A DNA stretch of 64,000 bases from Eledone cirrhosa. Taxonomy: Eukaryota. The notes beneath the pieces were generated by a model. It ran no database searches. It was given only the letters and a program-made list of their open reading frames with translations, and was not told where the DNA came from. The stretch spans positions 114,700,001 to 114,764,000 of the forward strand of contig OZ024745.1 in the NCBI GenBank assembly GCA_964016885.1, read 5' to 3'. Within the stretch, counting starts at the first letter, position 1. Every line of letters starts with the position of its first letter. Positions 13,401 through 27,200 of the stretch are shown piece after piece. The position numbers and the translations under genes were made by a program.

Positions 13401-16400
13401 AGTTGTTCCAACTAAATCACTAATTTCACCAGGGAGTGTTGAATGATTTTTTAACTTGACAGAACAACCAAAGTCTCCAAGTTTTACTGAACCATTTGAT
13501 GTAAGAAATACATTTGCCCCTAAGTATGAGAAATAAATTATACATATAATCACAATCAGAGACATTCAAATAACTTACATTTTCAACTGACATTATTTGA
13601 CAAAAATATCAAACTGATAATTTTTGACAAGAATGCTAAAACAATATTTATATACAAACAATGGTTAAAATTTCCTGTTAGAAATTGATGGCATTTTCCT
13701 ACATTTGGGTGCCAAGGGATAAAATTACATAAAGTAATGTCATATGTATATATAGACCCGCAACTCCTGGTGGAGTCATAGTATACAGCGTTTCTTGGGT
13801 ATTTTAAACCTAGCAGAGCCCATCCCTCTCCAAGTTTGAGGTCTGAACAGAGCCAATTTCTTGCAGAGAAGGGAGGGAGTGATAGAGAGATATAGAGAAA
13901 GAATCGACCCCAGTACTGGACTGCTACTTTTTTTAATGACCTCGAAAGGATGAATGCCAAATTTGACCTCAGCAGAGAGCTGGAATGCATATCATAAAGC
14001 ATTTTAATGACGTATACTATTCAAATTGATAACTATAATAAAATATTCACATAAGTGACTAAATTTAATAAAATATTGACATATAAATAACTACAATTTT
14101 GTTTACTCTCACCAACATTTTATTTTAAAAAAGCTTATGAAAGTTTGAATTAGTAATACCTTTCAGGTCTCGATGAATGATGCCATTTTCATGTAGGTGG
14201 CACAATGCTTTTAAAATTTCTCTTGTATACAAACGAATCATGCTTTCAGGTAATCCAAGCTTTGAAGCTTCCTTAATTGTTCCTCGATCACAATATTCCA
14301 TGAATATAATCATTTCATCCTGTGAAAAATGTATTCAATCTTAAAACACAGTTTACAATTACACCCTCTACAATTTATTCCAAGTCACGTAAAATAAACT
14401 TGATCTTTGAATGTAATGATATCTAACACTATTTAGTCTATAACAAAGTCTTTTCAAATCTACGCTCCTGTATATAGATTTCAGCACTGTATACATAATG
14501 TAAGGAAATCTAAAAATGTTCATCATTATGATCATTTAACGTTGGATTTTCCTACTAGCAAAGGTTGAACAGGTCGTTAAATCAGTACTGAATAAGAGCT
14601 ACTGGTCTCTTAGACAGGCTTGGAGCTGCATCACACTGACATTCTTGCACTTTACAGAGTGTAATAGGTGCATTTTATCATGATACCATCACTAAAAGGC
14701 TGTCATATCTTGGAAGCAAATTGTCTAAGGCTGGATACCCTTCTTATCACCAACCCCTTTACAGAGTGTACTGAGTGGGTTTTATTGTGGAATTAACAAT
14801 TGAGAAATTCTTGAACCATTGACACAACTGAATCTTCTTGGCCCTTTGTTGGCATGGTTTCTACAGCTGGAAAACTAAAAATGCTGTCTCATGTAATCCA
14901 AAGCTTTATAAATTTGTTACAATTGTACAATTTGTTACAATTGTACACACACTACTCCATTTCTCTACTTTTGTTATGGTAACAATTATAGCAAAATAAA
15001 TGAAACGATTTTTATGATATTTTTTATATTTCTATCTTACTCCTATTCTTTTAAGACCTTTTAAATCTTCTTCAGGTCTACTAATAAAGCAACATAACTT
15101 TTTTTTTTTTTATTTAGCAATACCACATCCTTAACTCTTTTCCATAAAACTTCAGAAACCCGATAATACATTCTATTAATAATCTTATTCTCTATACTAA
15201 ACAATATCAACTAATTTAAAAGTCGACCAACAAAGAAACTAACAGAGACATCTGCTCTGAAAAAAAAAAGATACTATCTAAAGGGTTAAGAACTGATGTT
15301 CCAAAATGCAACCCGAAAAAAAAAAAGGCTCAAGAGGATAAGAAGAGTCATGATTAGAAAAATAATTTAATAGCAAAGTTTAGATAAAATTTAGCACATT
15401 AGGTCTTTAAGCAGGTGAGTGACTGTGACATGAGAATATAGTGATAGATATTGTGTAAGAAGCTAGCTGCTCAATTGCTCACATTGGTTCAAATGCTGTC
15501 ATCATCTCCAAGGCTTTTCATTCTTTCAGAGCTGAAATAATTACTGCAATGAAGAGTCATTTTTAGTCATTTAAAAACACAAAATCTGTTGACTTTACTT
15601 TATATATATCATTTATTTCCTCGTGTCAAATTTTTTGTCACATAAGTGATTAGGCTGCAAACAGTGCAACAGAAATAAATGATATATATAAAGCACAAAG
15701 TCCACCTTGTATGCTTATCTAATGTCATAACAATAAATGCACCCAGTCCATCCTGTAAGGTGGTTGTGTTGGTGATGACATGCGAAAAAGCACCCAGTCC
15801 ACACTGTAACATGGTTGGTATTAAGAAAGGCATCCAGCTGTAGAAACCAAACCAAAATACAGATCTGTATCAGCTTGACCTGGTCTCCAGGCGTGAGTTG
15901 TCTCATAACATGACAACTTGCTTAATCTATGCAAGCATATAAAATGGACGTTAAATGATGATGATGAAGAAAGTAAAGTCAACAGCTTTTGTGTGTTTTT
16001 AAATGGCTAAAATGACTCGTCCATGCAATAATTGCTTCAGTTTCCACACATGGTCTCAGATCAAACAAGTACAATTGTCAGGCAAATACAATTCCCAAAT
16101 GAAAAAATATATATATTTCAAAGAAAAATGCTAGAAAAAAATATTATTAGAAGAGCTAAGTTTACCAATATACCTTTTGAACTTCTGCACCATAATACTT
16201 GACTAGATTTGGATGATTAATTCCTTCAAGATTTTTCATTTCATCAACAAGTTCTTTCAAAGGATTCCTCATTTTATTAGATGGCTTTATCTTCATCTGG
16301 CAGAAAAAAAAGAAAAATAAATTACGAAGAAACAACAACAACAAAAGCACAAACTTTGAGCCAGTTTCTTATTATAGTCTTCTAACAAAGGGTTTTTAGA

Positions 16401-18202
16401 CCCAAATATTAAGACAGGTAAATAAAATAACAGGTGATACACCTACATCTTTATTGCCTTCAGTTTATTCCAAAATCTATTGTCCATTTTACATTACTGT
16501 AGCCTTTAAAAATTGATAAATTTTTTGTTGGTAGTGTCTTACTGCTAATGAAAATATGTACACTGGCTGAGTTTCACTCTTTTTAATCAGATAATTAATT
16601 CATCAATCAGAAGGAAGATACGGTGTAAAAACTAAACTTGCTATCTTTAATTCTGTTTTCATCCTTATCCTTATCAATGGTTGTAAATCTTGGGTAATGA
16701 CTAAAAAATAAGATTGCAAATGCAACAGGCCAAAATGGAGTTCCTCCGAAGCGTCTTCAGGGTAGAGCCATAACTTCTACAAATCAAGAGATCACAGCTC
16801 TGGGAATATGGACATGTGGTTAGAATGTTTAAGGAAAGAAACACAGGGCAAAGCCAACTGACAGGAGACCCAAAGGTTGATGAGCAGCACCAGCAGGAGG
16901 AAGAGGCAGAGGAGGAGGAAGAGGAGGAAGAGGGGGAGGAGGCAGATGAGGAGGAGGGGGAAGAGGCAGATGAGGAGGAGGGGGAAGAGGCAGATGAGGA
17001 GGAGGGGGAAGAGGCAGATGAAGAGGAGGTTTAATTAATTTAATTGATCTAAATACAATGATGATAAGCCAAAATCAGTTGTAATGTTGTTACAAACCTC
17101 TTTCATTGCCATTAACTCTCCAGTGTCAACATTTACAGCAGTGTACACCTTGCCAAAAGTACCTTCCCCTAGGGGATAGAAAAAACAAACACACAAGTTA
17201 AAATGGAACAATATAATATTGCAAATATATTTATAACTAATTAATCAAATAGTTAAGGCAGTGAATTTGCAGATTCATTAGAACAGTGAATAGAGTATTT
17301 ATTCCAGCTCTCTGTTCTCTGAGTTCAAATCCCACTGAGGTCAACTTTGCCTTTCATACTTTTGAGGTCAATAAAATAAGTACCAATCTAGTACCAGAGT
17401 CAATTCTTCCTCTATATCTCTCTCTCACTTTTTTTCATCTATCCTTCTCTGGAAGAAGTCTGCTATATTCAGAACTGGAGGGGGATGGGCTCTGCCAGGT
17501 TGCATGGGACTGATAAGTGAACATTTGGAAAGCACACAGCATATGAATTTATGAATTCAGTCATCATCATCATCATCATCATTTAACCTGCGTTTTCCCT
17601 GCTAGCAAGTTTTGGATACTAGCCACAACTGAAGCCCCCTGACCTCCAGGTGGAACTATAATCCCATGTTTTACCATGTACATTTTATCGTGGCACTAAT
17701 AGCAGAGAAGTTGCCATGTTCTTGGCATAGCTGAAGAGTCTTCCTAACCTTTTGTTTGGCACGTTTTCTATGACTGGATGTCCTTATCACTAACCAATTT
17801 ACAGAAGTATACTAAGTAATTGTTGATTGTGTGGATCACCAACATTATAGAGGTTGTCATGTTTATGACACAGCTGAAGAGTCCTCCTAACTCTTTGTCT
17901 GGCGACTTTTCTATGGCTGGATGCCCTTTCTATCACCAATTTTACATCTAATTCTCCCACAAATCCAGCTATAAGGATTAGATCATCAGTGACTGTTTTA
18001 AACTCTGTAATGGTTTGGAAGACAGTGATGAATTTGAAGTGTAGGGGGATTTAATCCTAAGCCAACTTCTGTTTATCATGGCATCAATTATGCAATAGAT
18101 AAGGCCTCATTAGACAGCTATTATGTATTTTTTCTTTCAACTGTGATATGCCCCAGGTGAGTATTTTTATGTTACCCCTTCAGTGCCTGGTAGACATATG
18201 CA

Positions 18203-18247
<45 letters not shown>

Positions 18248-21200
18248 TCATCAGCATCATTTTACGTCTGCTTTTCCCTGCTTGCAAGGGTGGGACGGGT
18301 CTTATATATTTGTGTGTATGTGTAAGATGCAGGCTTGTGGCCCATTTGAGATGTCATGATAAAATGCATCTGGTGCACTTGAAAGAATAAAGGAATGTAC
18401 ATAAGCGATATATCGGGCGATCCAGCTGATTGGAGGGGTTGGTAGTTCTGATTCAGTGCTTACTTGTGCTGTGATGACCTGTCCAACCCTTGTGAATAGG
18501 AAAGCTAAACATTAAGTGATGGTAATGATAATAGAAAGAAGAAATGTTTTACAATACACAGAAACTTACCTATTTTAATGCCTCTCTGCCATCTGAAATT
18601 CACTCGTCGCACTCGAATACGCAAGTCCAAATCTGCAGTTTTATTTGTGATAAAGCCTATAATATGTGAACACTGCAATTTTTTATTCCGCTCTTTTTCA
18701 AGGTCATTGATAGATTGCAGAATACGGGGGCCTCTGCAGTCCCTGTCTTTTACAGGGGAATCAGAAGAACTAACTAAAGAAAACAAACATATATATACAT
18801 GAATATGAGAAAATATACAAATAAATAAAATATATAAATACCTATATATACAAATACATACATATATGGAAAAATGAACATTAATCAGTGATGATACAAA
18901 TATATATATATATATATAACCAAAAGTTTAACAATATATATATATACACACACATATAAAAATGAGAAAACTCATTGCTAGAACAGCCGTTAAAAACAGC
19001 TGTCAAAGACAGCGATTGGCAAAAATGCCACCCCACAAAACAATCAATGAATGGCATTAATATATTGAAAAAAAGTTTGGACAAACCTGTTGGTCGAGAT
19101 TCTTCAGACAAAAACCTTGTAAAACCATAAACATCAGGACTTGTGGCTGAACCTAGGGAAGAAAAAAAAACACATTAAAATTAGCCTGGATAGTATATTA
19201 TAATTTAGATTGTATCATCATCATTATCATTTTTACATTTTGTTTTCCATGCTTGCAGGGCTTGGATGGGTTCTCTCCAATACAGCATTTTGCCACTGTT
19301 TGCATTCCTTTATCATCTCCTTTGTGAGGTTCAGCAACTTGAAAACAACTTTCACCATCTTCTGCCCATGTCCTGGGCATGGTTTGAGAAGGACATCCAC
19401 AGTCAATCCTTCCATAGTTCAGTTCCCAAATGATGACTGGCTGGAGGATACCTCAGGATGCTGCAATGTCTGCAAAATTGCTGTCACATTGAAAGCCATC
19501 TGAAGCATCTGAGATCAAGGGACTTGGTCATGGACATAGTGGGGATCAAAACATTAAACCCATAAATGTGATTGTTTCAATTGCTGCCAAAAATATTGTG
19601 TTGTCTGGTGAGGTTAGAATTCTAGATATTCTTCATGTCATGTCCCTTTGAGTCAACCATGAATGATGTGAGATACTTTAAATCAGAAATTTGCTTGAGT
19701 GAGGAACCCGCAACAATCTTGAACAGCTCACAGTTAGTTATGTTGTGAGCCGTATATACTATCTTTTTGGCATTGGGTTATAGCTGAATTTTATAACACC
19801 AGAATTTTTTTCCATACACTAACGCATATGTGTATGTGTGTGCTCATGTCTATGTGCATATGCATGCATTGATATGTATGAGTATATAAATATAAACGTG
19901 CTTAAACACAGACATGCTTACAAAAAAAACACACTCAGACATACATTCACACAAACATAGATTCACACAAACACACACATACATTCACATAAACACACAC
20001 ACATTTACACAAACACACACACATACACTCACATAGAGTGTAGTTTTTTTCAGCATCCCCTTCCTTCCTTTTACACACACATACATTCACACAGGCAGCA
20101 GACATAAAGAGAGAGGAGTAGTATGAGATAGTCAAACTACTCCTTTCTCTTTACATGTTGTAACAGAATTGCAGAAATTTATATATAGATTTGATTTCTA
20201 CTCTTGACATAAGGGGCTGAGTATTTGTAATTTTATCTAATAGCTAAGTGATGTTGACAACATCCAGTTTAGTTAGTGTCACCGAACCAACACTCCTCAT
20301 CATTCCCTGGATAGAAATAAGTTGCTTCCAAACATTTCAAGTTTTCCTACTGTCACAGTATACAGAAGTATACTGCAAACAGAAAAGTGGTCAAAAGAGT
20401 AGCTAGTAAATTGTAGTGGTGAGTCCTAGGAATTTGGTCAACAGGAAGGAGAGTACTTGATAAGAGTGAATAAATCCAGCTGATGGCCATAGCTTTGTGG
20501 AAGGCTATATTGAAAACGAACTAAAAATAACAGCATGAAGGAAAAAATTGCTCATTTGTTATGACTTCAGTATTCTTTTAATGCAAGATGATCTATTTTT
20601 AGGGAAACTAGCCTCATATTTATACATCTAAAGCGTTTTAATTAACTTTAAAATATGCATGTTTTAGATAACTTACCAGAAGTGGGACTTCTTACTGAAT
20701 TGCTTCGTCCAACTAAATGATCCAAACAACTTTTAATTTCAGATATAAAGACCTTCGAAAAGAATAAATAAGAGAATAAATGACATGGCATTAAACAGAA
20801 ATGGAAAGTTAGTAGACAGCAACATTTATATATCCTAAAATTCAGAATCTATTTCAGTTTATATGTGCTGTGCCATGAATTAGGCAAAGACATTTCATTA
20901 TAGCACAAGCTACTACATCAAACTAATAAAACCAAACCAAGCTACATCATAAAACAGTAACACTTGTTCTAGTTTACAATATTCCATTTTGAAGATTGAC
21001 ATCACTTCAAATTCAGTATTGATCAGTTAATAGAATGATTTATTGGAAAAACAATTGATAATATAAAATATATGCTGGGGCATATGCAGGCAGTTATCTC
21101 AAAATGGAAACCCAGTATATGTAAAAACAATAAAACAGCAAATATTTCAAAGTCATTTTATCAATTAATTTTAAAGAAAACTTACTGAAAATTCGCTTTC

Positions 21201-24200
21201 TGGAACAAGTTCCATAATTTTAGGGTCACAAACAGAGACAAGAAATTCCAATCCTTGATTCGCCCATCTTCAAAAAAAAAAAGAGAGTATATATACATGT
21301 ATTTATAATCATCATCATCATCATACCAATATCAATTAAAATAATTCATCTTACAAGGAAGTAGCTTACATATTTCAGTACTATTTTACTTAAAAATCTT
21401 CAAAAATATTTTTGTATACATTCAATCACACACATATTTACAAGTTCTCAGTAAATCATCATCATTTAATGTCAGTTTTCCTGGTTCTCAATTTTTCATT
21501 GGTTATGTTTCATGTGCTCCTTCTATCTAGGACTTTAAACATTGCTAATACTTTGGGAAGCACTCAACTCAAAACTCACTAATGTGAATATATAGCTTTT
21601 GGTAGTTTTCTTAAAGGTGGATCAACTTCTCAGAGTCAATGGCCATCCACCCCAACTATGGGTTAACCCTTTAGCAATTAAACTGGCCATAACTGGCCAG
21701 AATTCTCTCACCTCTTTCTGTTCAAACCAGCCATAACTGACCACTGACACTGATGTTAAGGTATTATTCTAAAAATAAATAATATCAAAATCTCATTGAT
21801 TAAACATTATGTGAGATAACTATGTGAGATAAAATGTTTACCATGAAAATATAATTGTTTCTACTTTTTGGCACAAGGCCAGCAATTACCCAGTGCATTA
21901 CTGATATTTTATTTACCATGAAAATATAATTGTTTCTACTTTAGGCACAAGGCCAGCAATTACCCAGTGCATTACTGGTATTTTATTTTATCGACCCCGT
22001 AAGGATGAAAGGCAAAGTCAACCTCGGCGGGATTTGAACTCAGATCGTAAAGGGACGTAATTATGCTGGAAAGCATGGCGTCCGACCCTCTACCGATACT
22101 GCCAATACACCTCCCTCTAATGAAAATATAATAATATATAGAGAGTAATGTAAATGCTAAAGGGTTAAATAACCTCACCAAGCCACAATTGGCCAAGCAT
22201 GATGAGTACGGCTACACCCCTGACTTAACCAAAAACAAACAGAAAGCAGTGGAGGTAACCAGGGAGAGGTTCCTCCAACAAGAATGAAAAGGCCCAGGAT
22301 TGGATTGGATAGTAGTGTTCTAATAATCAATGGGTTATAAACATTTTCCATTTAAAAAATAATCAAGAATTTGGTTAGATTTAGTTACTTAGCCAACTTT
22401 CTTACTATTTCACTGGTGTTTTGAATATAACAAAGGTTATATAACTCAAAATTATGATGCAAGATTTTTAGATAAATATAAACATTTTATGAAGTCTTGT
22501 AACATAAAACCAAGGATGGTCTTAGGCAGTTTGATATTAAAAGGGTTTAAGGATATTATTAAAACTCAGTACAACTTCATCAGTAATTAAAGGAGAAATA
22601 ACAACCCAACAACCACGTGCTTGATTCCTAAAAGTTACACGGTCATTATTGTCAAAGTTCACGAACAGCTGAAACTTGCTGATGGGAATTCTACAGCAGT
22701 AGCCAAACATAAAACACTTGCTAAGGGTCCTAATACCACCAGAACACCAAATTCTTCCATGCCATTTTAACTGAATTATGCAGTACAATGATGACGTGAT
22801 CCCTATTGAATAGTAACAAATTTTTTATGAACAATATCTAGAAACAGCTCTCAATTTTTCATTGATTCATTGTGAAGGCAAGCAGCTTAGTGCTTAGAGA
22901 ATTGAATTCACAATCGTGAGGTTACAAGTTTGATTCCCAGACCAGGTGAGCAAGAAAACACTTTATTTCACATTGCTCTTTTTGCCAGGAGTTGTGACCT
23001 GTAGATAGTATCAGCAATGGAAAAACCAATCGATAAGTGAATAAGGTCTCAGATCTTGTTGATCATTTAAAAAAGGAAATGCTTCATGTACTTCTTCTTT
23101 CTAGGAGTTTAAACTTTGTAAATATTTTGGGATTCACTCAACTCAGAATTCACTAATGTGAATAATATAGCTTTTGGTAGAGAACCAATAATCAATGTCT
23201 TACACAAAATTTTCATTTCATATTAATGATAATTATTTAATTGAAACCTATATTCTGTAAAGCATTTACAGAATATAGGTTTCAATCTAAAGATTTTCTT
23301 TAGCTTATCTGCCTTTGACTTCTGTGACGCCTTATAAATTATACAACAGACCAAATGCTCATTCTGAAAGAAAAACATTGCTAGAGAAAAAGAACTGATA
23401 CTTACGTTGGTCGACGACCTCGGCCCTTTTCCCATTTCTCTGAGATGAAATTCATCCATTCTCTTGCAAAACTAATCATACATTTCCCAAGCCCAAATTT
23501 CTGTTCATCTGATACAAGGCGTTGTAGTTCTCGATGAAACTACAAGGAAAATAAAAGAAACTGTTGACATGTTGCATAGACTAGATTAGTGTTGTATGTA
23601 TGTATGTATGTATGTATACTGATGATCTGGTTATTACAGCTGAATCTGTTGTAGAGCTAGAGAAGAAATTTTGGGTGTGGAATCAAAACTTAGAATCAAT
23701 ATGACTCTGAGTAAATATAACAAAAACCAAAGTGCTATTAAGTAGGAAAGATGATTGGATTCTGATTTCATCAGGGAAGGGCCACACTTGAGAAGTAGAA
23801 AAGGAGTAGATATAAACTCTATACAAGGCACACAATCTAAAACATAGGTACACAAGCAGTGTAGTAGGATAGCAGGCAGACTAATAGCAAATATAGACTT
23901 TGCAAGTCGCAGATGCACAGGGCTAGTTGGTATTAAGAGTACCAGTAAAATAAACTTTTTTCCAATTTTGGAAAGGCTCCATAGAAATAGTTGATAGCTT
24001 TTGAAACCTAGGTGACCTAATTAACAGTGGAAGAGGTGGCTCTGAGAGTAACCAAAATAAGAACAAGATGGAAAAAAAGTTCAGGGAGATATTACTCCTA
24101 TTGACAACAAAAGATGTCTCTCAACAAACAAAAGGTCAGCTGAATAATGCTTGTCTGCAAAGTGCAATGTTGCATGGTAGAGAGATATGGGCAGTGAATG

Positions 24201-27200
24201 CAGAGGATATGAGAAAGAATGCATTGATGGATGTGCAATGTTAATGTGCATGAACAGTGAAGCATGGATGAACTGAAAGAAAAATTGGATATAAAAGAAA
24301 TCAGATGTAGAGTGCAAGAGAGAAGAGTGTGTTGGTATGGACATATGATGCATATGGATGATGATCATTGGGTGAAGAATTCTATCTGATGTTATAATGA
24401 CTCTGCAAATTTGCTGTCCTGTACATATATATCTAGTATGCCATACTTTCCCCAACCTTCTCCTCCCCACTTCTATACACTCCACCCACGACCTTACTCC
24501 CCGCCCTTCACCTGATAAGTCTCCCACCTTAGATCTACCTCTCCAATTCCTATCCCCCAGTCCACACTGTAAAGTGGTCGTGTAGGTGACATGATAAAAA
24601 GCACCCATTCCACATTGTAATGTGGTCATTTTGGTGCCACAATAAAAAGCACCCAATACACATGGTAAATGTGATTGGCAAGAGCACCCAGCTGTAGAAA
24701 CCAAGCCAAAATCAGTTCTGTATGAGCAAGACAGGGTCATCTGATCTGGCTTGTCTTACAATGGGACAACTCATCTAACCTATGCAAGTTGGAAAAATGG
24801 ATGTTAAATAGTGATGATGATAATATATATATATAAATATATATATTTAAAATTGTATAATTCTTGTACAATATTCAAATTTTTACCTCAAATCCAAAAT
24901 TATATCCTTTAACAATTGTTACACAATAAAGACCAAACAAGTGACTTCTTTCTTTAGTATCCATTTTATCAATCTCTACAAAATACAATTTCTCTTTCAG
25001 CTGCATTAGGGTTGATGATATATTCTTTCTTAAGTGCATAGCTGTAGTCTGAAAACAAACAAAAAATATTTCAATTAAATATTTTTATTAACATAAAAAT
25101 ATATAAATAATATAACATATTATATATATAAACATATTAATAATCTATTGATAGATAACTTAACTTTTAGCCTAGTTTTGTTATTAAATTTAATTTATGC
25201 ATTTTGCAATGATTAAGAAATAGTTTTGGAAAATTAGAAGAAAAAAACATCTTGTTGAAGAAGTGTATTAGATAAGATGACAATATGCAGGATAAGGATG
25301 CTTACAATAAATTGGTATTCTTTTTCTTTTTTTATATAACCGTTATCATACCAAAAGAAGAAAAAGAAGAAAACAACATTACTCTAACTGTGAAGCACAA
25401 TATTGATTATTAGCTAGATTGGGATTATATGTAAGGTGACAGACTTCATTTATGCATTATTTTATTTTATTTCTAATCAATCAACAAGATCCCAGACTTC
25501 ATTTGCTTACTAAGTGGGGTCGAACTCGTCAAATTGAACCAAAAACACAATGTTTCATAATGTTGAAGCAAAATAAATAAGCAGTAATAATCAGTTTAAT
25601 GTAATCCAAAAATATTTTTCTTACCTTAAGTTCAGCTAGAGATTCAGAAATGGCTTGATGACAGGAAATTTGTTCCTGAAACACTTCAACAGTCATGCCC
25701 ATTAGCTTAGAAAATTCTTCTTGTATTGTATTCAATACAGATGAATGGGTCACAACCAACATAAGATTGTCCACCTAATAATAAAAAATTAAACAGTTCT
25801 TTATATAAAAATACCTGTAAGAAATAAGATTTTGAACTGCAGTTGGTGCTGTACAGAATGTTTTCCATCTTCAGGATTTATATGCTCAACTTATGAGACT
25901 ATTAACAATAAGTTGGAATTCATCAGCTGTTTGGAAAATATTTCTTAATTACTTAATGTTATGGAAACCAAGTTTAACTCATGTATCTTTTAAACAACTT
26001 CAGACACCTTTCCAATGTAGTCAACAATAAATAATCTTCAGTGAAGGGTTGTATTTACTTAAAGTTAAGTTAACATCCCAGATGTACTGCAACACACTAT
26101 TCCAGAAGTACCCATACCCTACCAACATTACTAAACATTTCTCACAACAGTTACATATTGGTTGGATTACAAGAAATAAATTAACTCTTTTGTTAGCATA
26201 TTTCTGATGAAATACAGTGCCAATGTCTTTCAATTAATTTTGAAACGATGTAGAGGAAGATGGTATTTCATAGCATGAAGCAACTGAGAGTACAAGTGAC
26301 AGGATGCCAGTCCATTGAGGGTTAAACCTCCAACTATTGCTGGTACTCATTTTCAGTTGAGTATACTGGAGCAACATGAAATGTTTTGCTCAAGAATACA
26401 ACATGCAACCCAGCCCAGGAATCGAACCCATGACACTATGATCGTAAGGCCAATACCCTTGCAACTAGGCCACGTGCCTCCACATTTGAAGCATTACTTG
26501 GCAAAAAGGATTTTGATAGAAAGTTCTAATATATGTATGAACACTTTAAAACAAGCAGTTTTGTACGATCGAACAAGAGGCATTTTCAGGTGGATTGGTG
26601 TCAATATGAAGTTAAATTCTATGCCAATAGAATTCACAATTAGTTTATGATTCAGTTAATGTACCAAAACAAGTAGAAAGTATAGCCACTCAAATTTCTC
26701 AATTTTAAAGCTCCATGCTTTAACACTTTAGCATTTACATTACACTATATTTACTATTGTATTTTCATAGTAAAGGCTTTATCTCACATAATATCGAATC
26801 TATGAGATTTTGATATTTATTTTGAGAACAATACCTTAACATCAGTATGAACGGCTGGTTACAGACAGTTTGAACAGAAAGAGGTGAGAGCATTCTGGCC
26901 AGATACAGCCAGTTTAAATGCTAAAGGGTGAAGAAATCCTTTTATTTAAAAAAAATAGAGAATATTTATAAACTTACAGCAATATGGGACAAAGCAATTG
27001 CTGTTTGTGCAGTAGCATCTACAAGTACTGTGGGTCCTTTCCAACATTTTTTGTTTACATCATTATCACATTGCATCATTAGTAAGTAACCTTTGTTGAT
27101 ATCTTGATCATGTTGAGTAGGGTCAATATGTAAATAACAGTCCTCTTTACCACATGTCACATTCAGAAGTTGTAAAATCAGATGCTGGTTCTTCAGAATT

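Noticed and set aside
13400-13445. Apparent loss of the activation-loop phosphosite (ISDLVGT)
   Set aside because: From the recalled human sequence, the autophosphorylated Thr is in QTMPGE and is retained here as STLPGE; all catalytic motifs are intact.
16816-17034. Poly-Glu protein
   Set aside because: A simple repeat attached to a decayed LINE end, antisense within an intron.
18766-18777. Tandem acceptor tagTTAG
   Set aside because: The alternative AG is 4 nt away and would frameshift before the kinase; no support from sequence alone.
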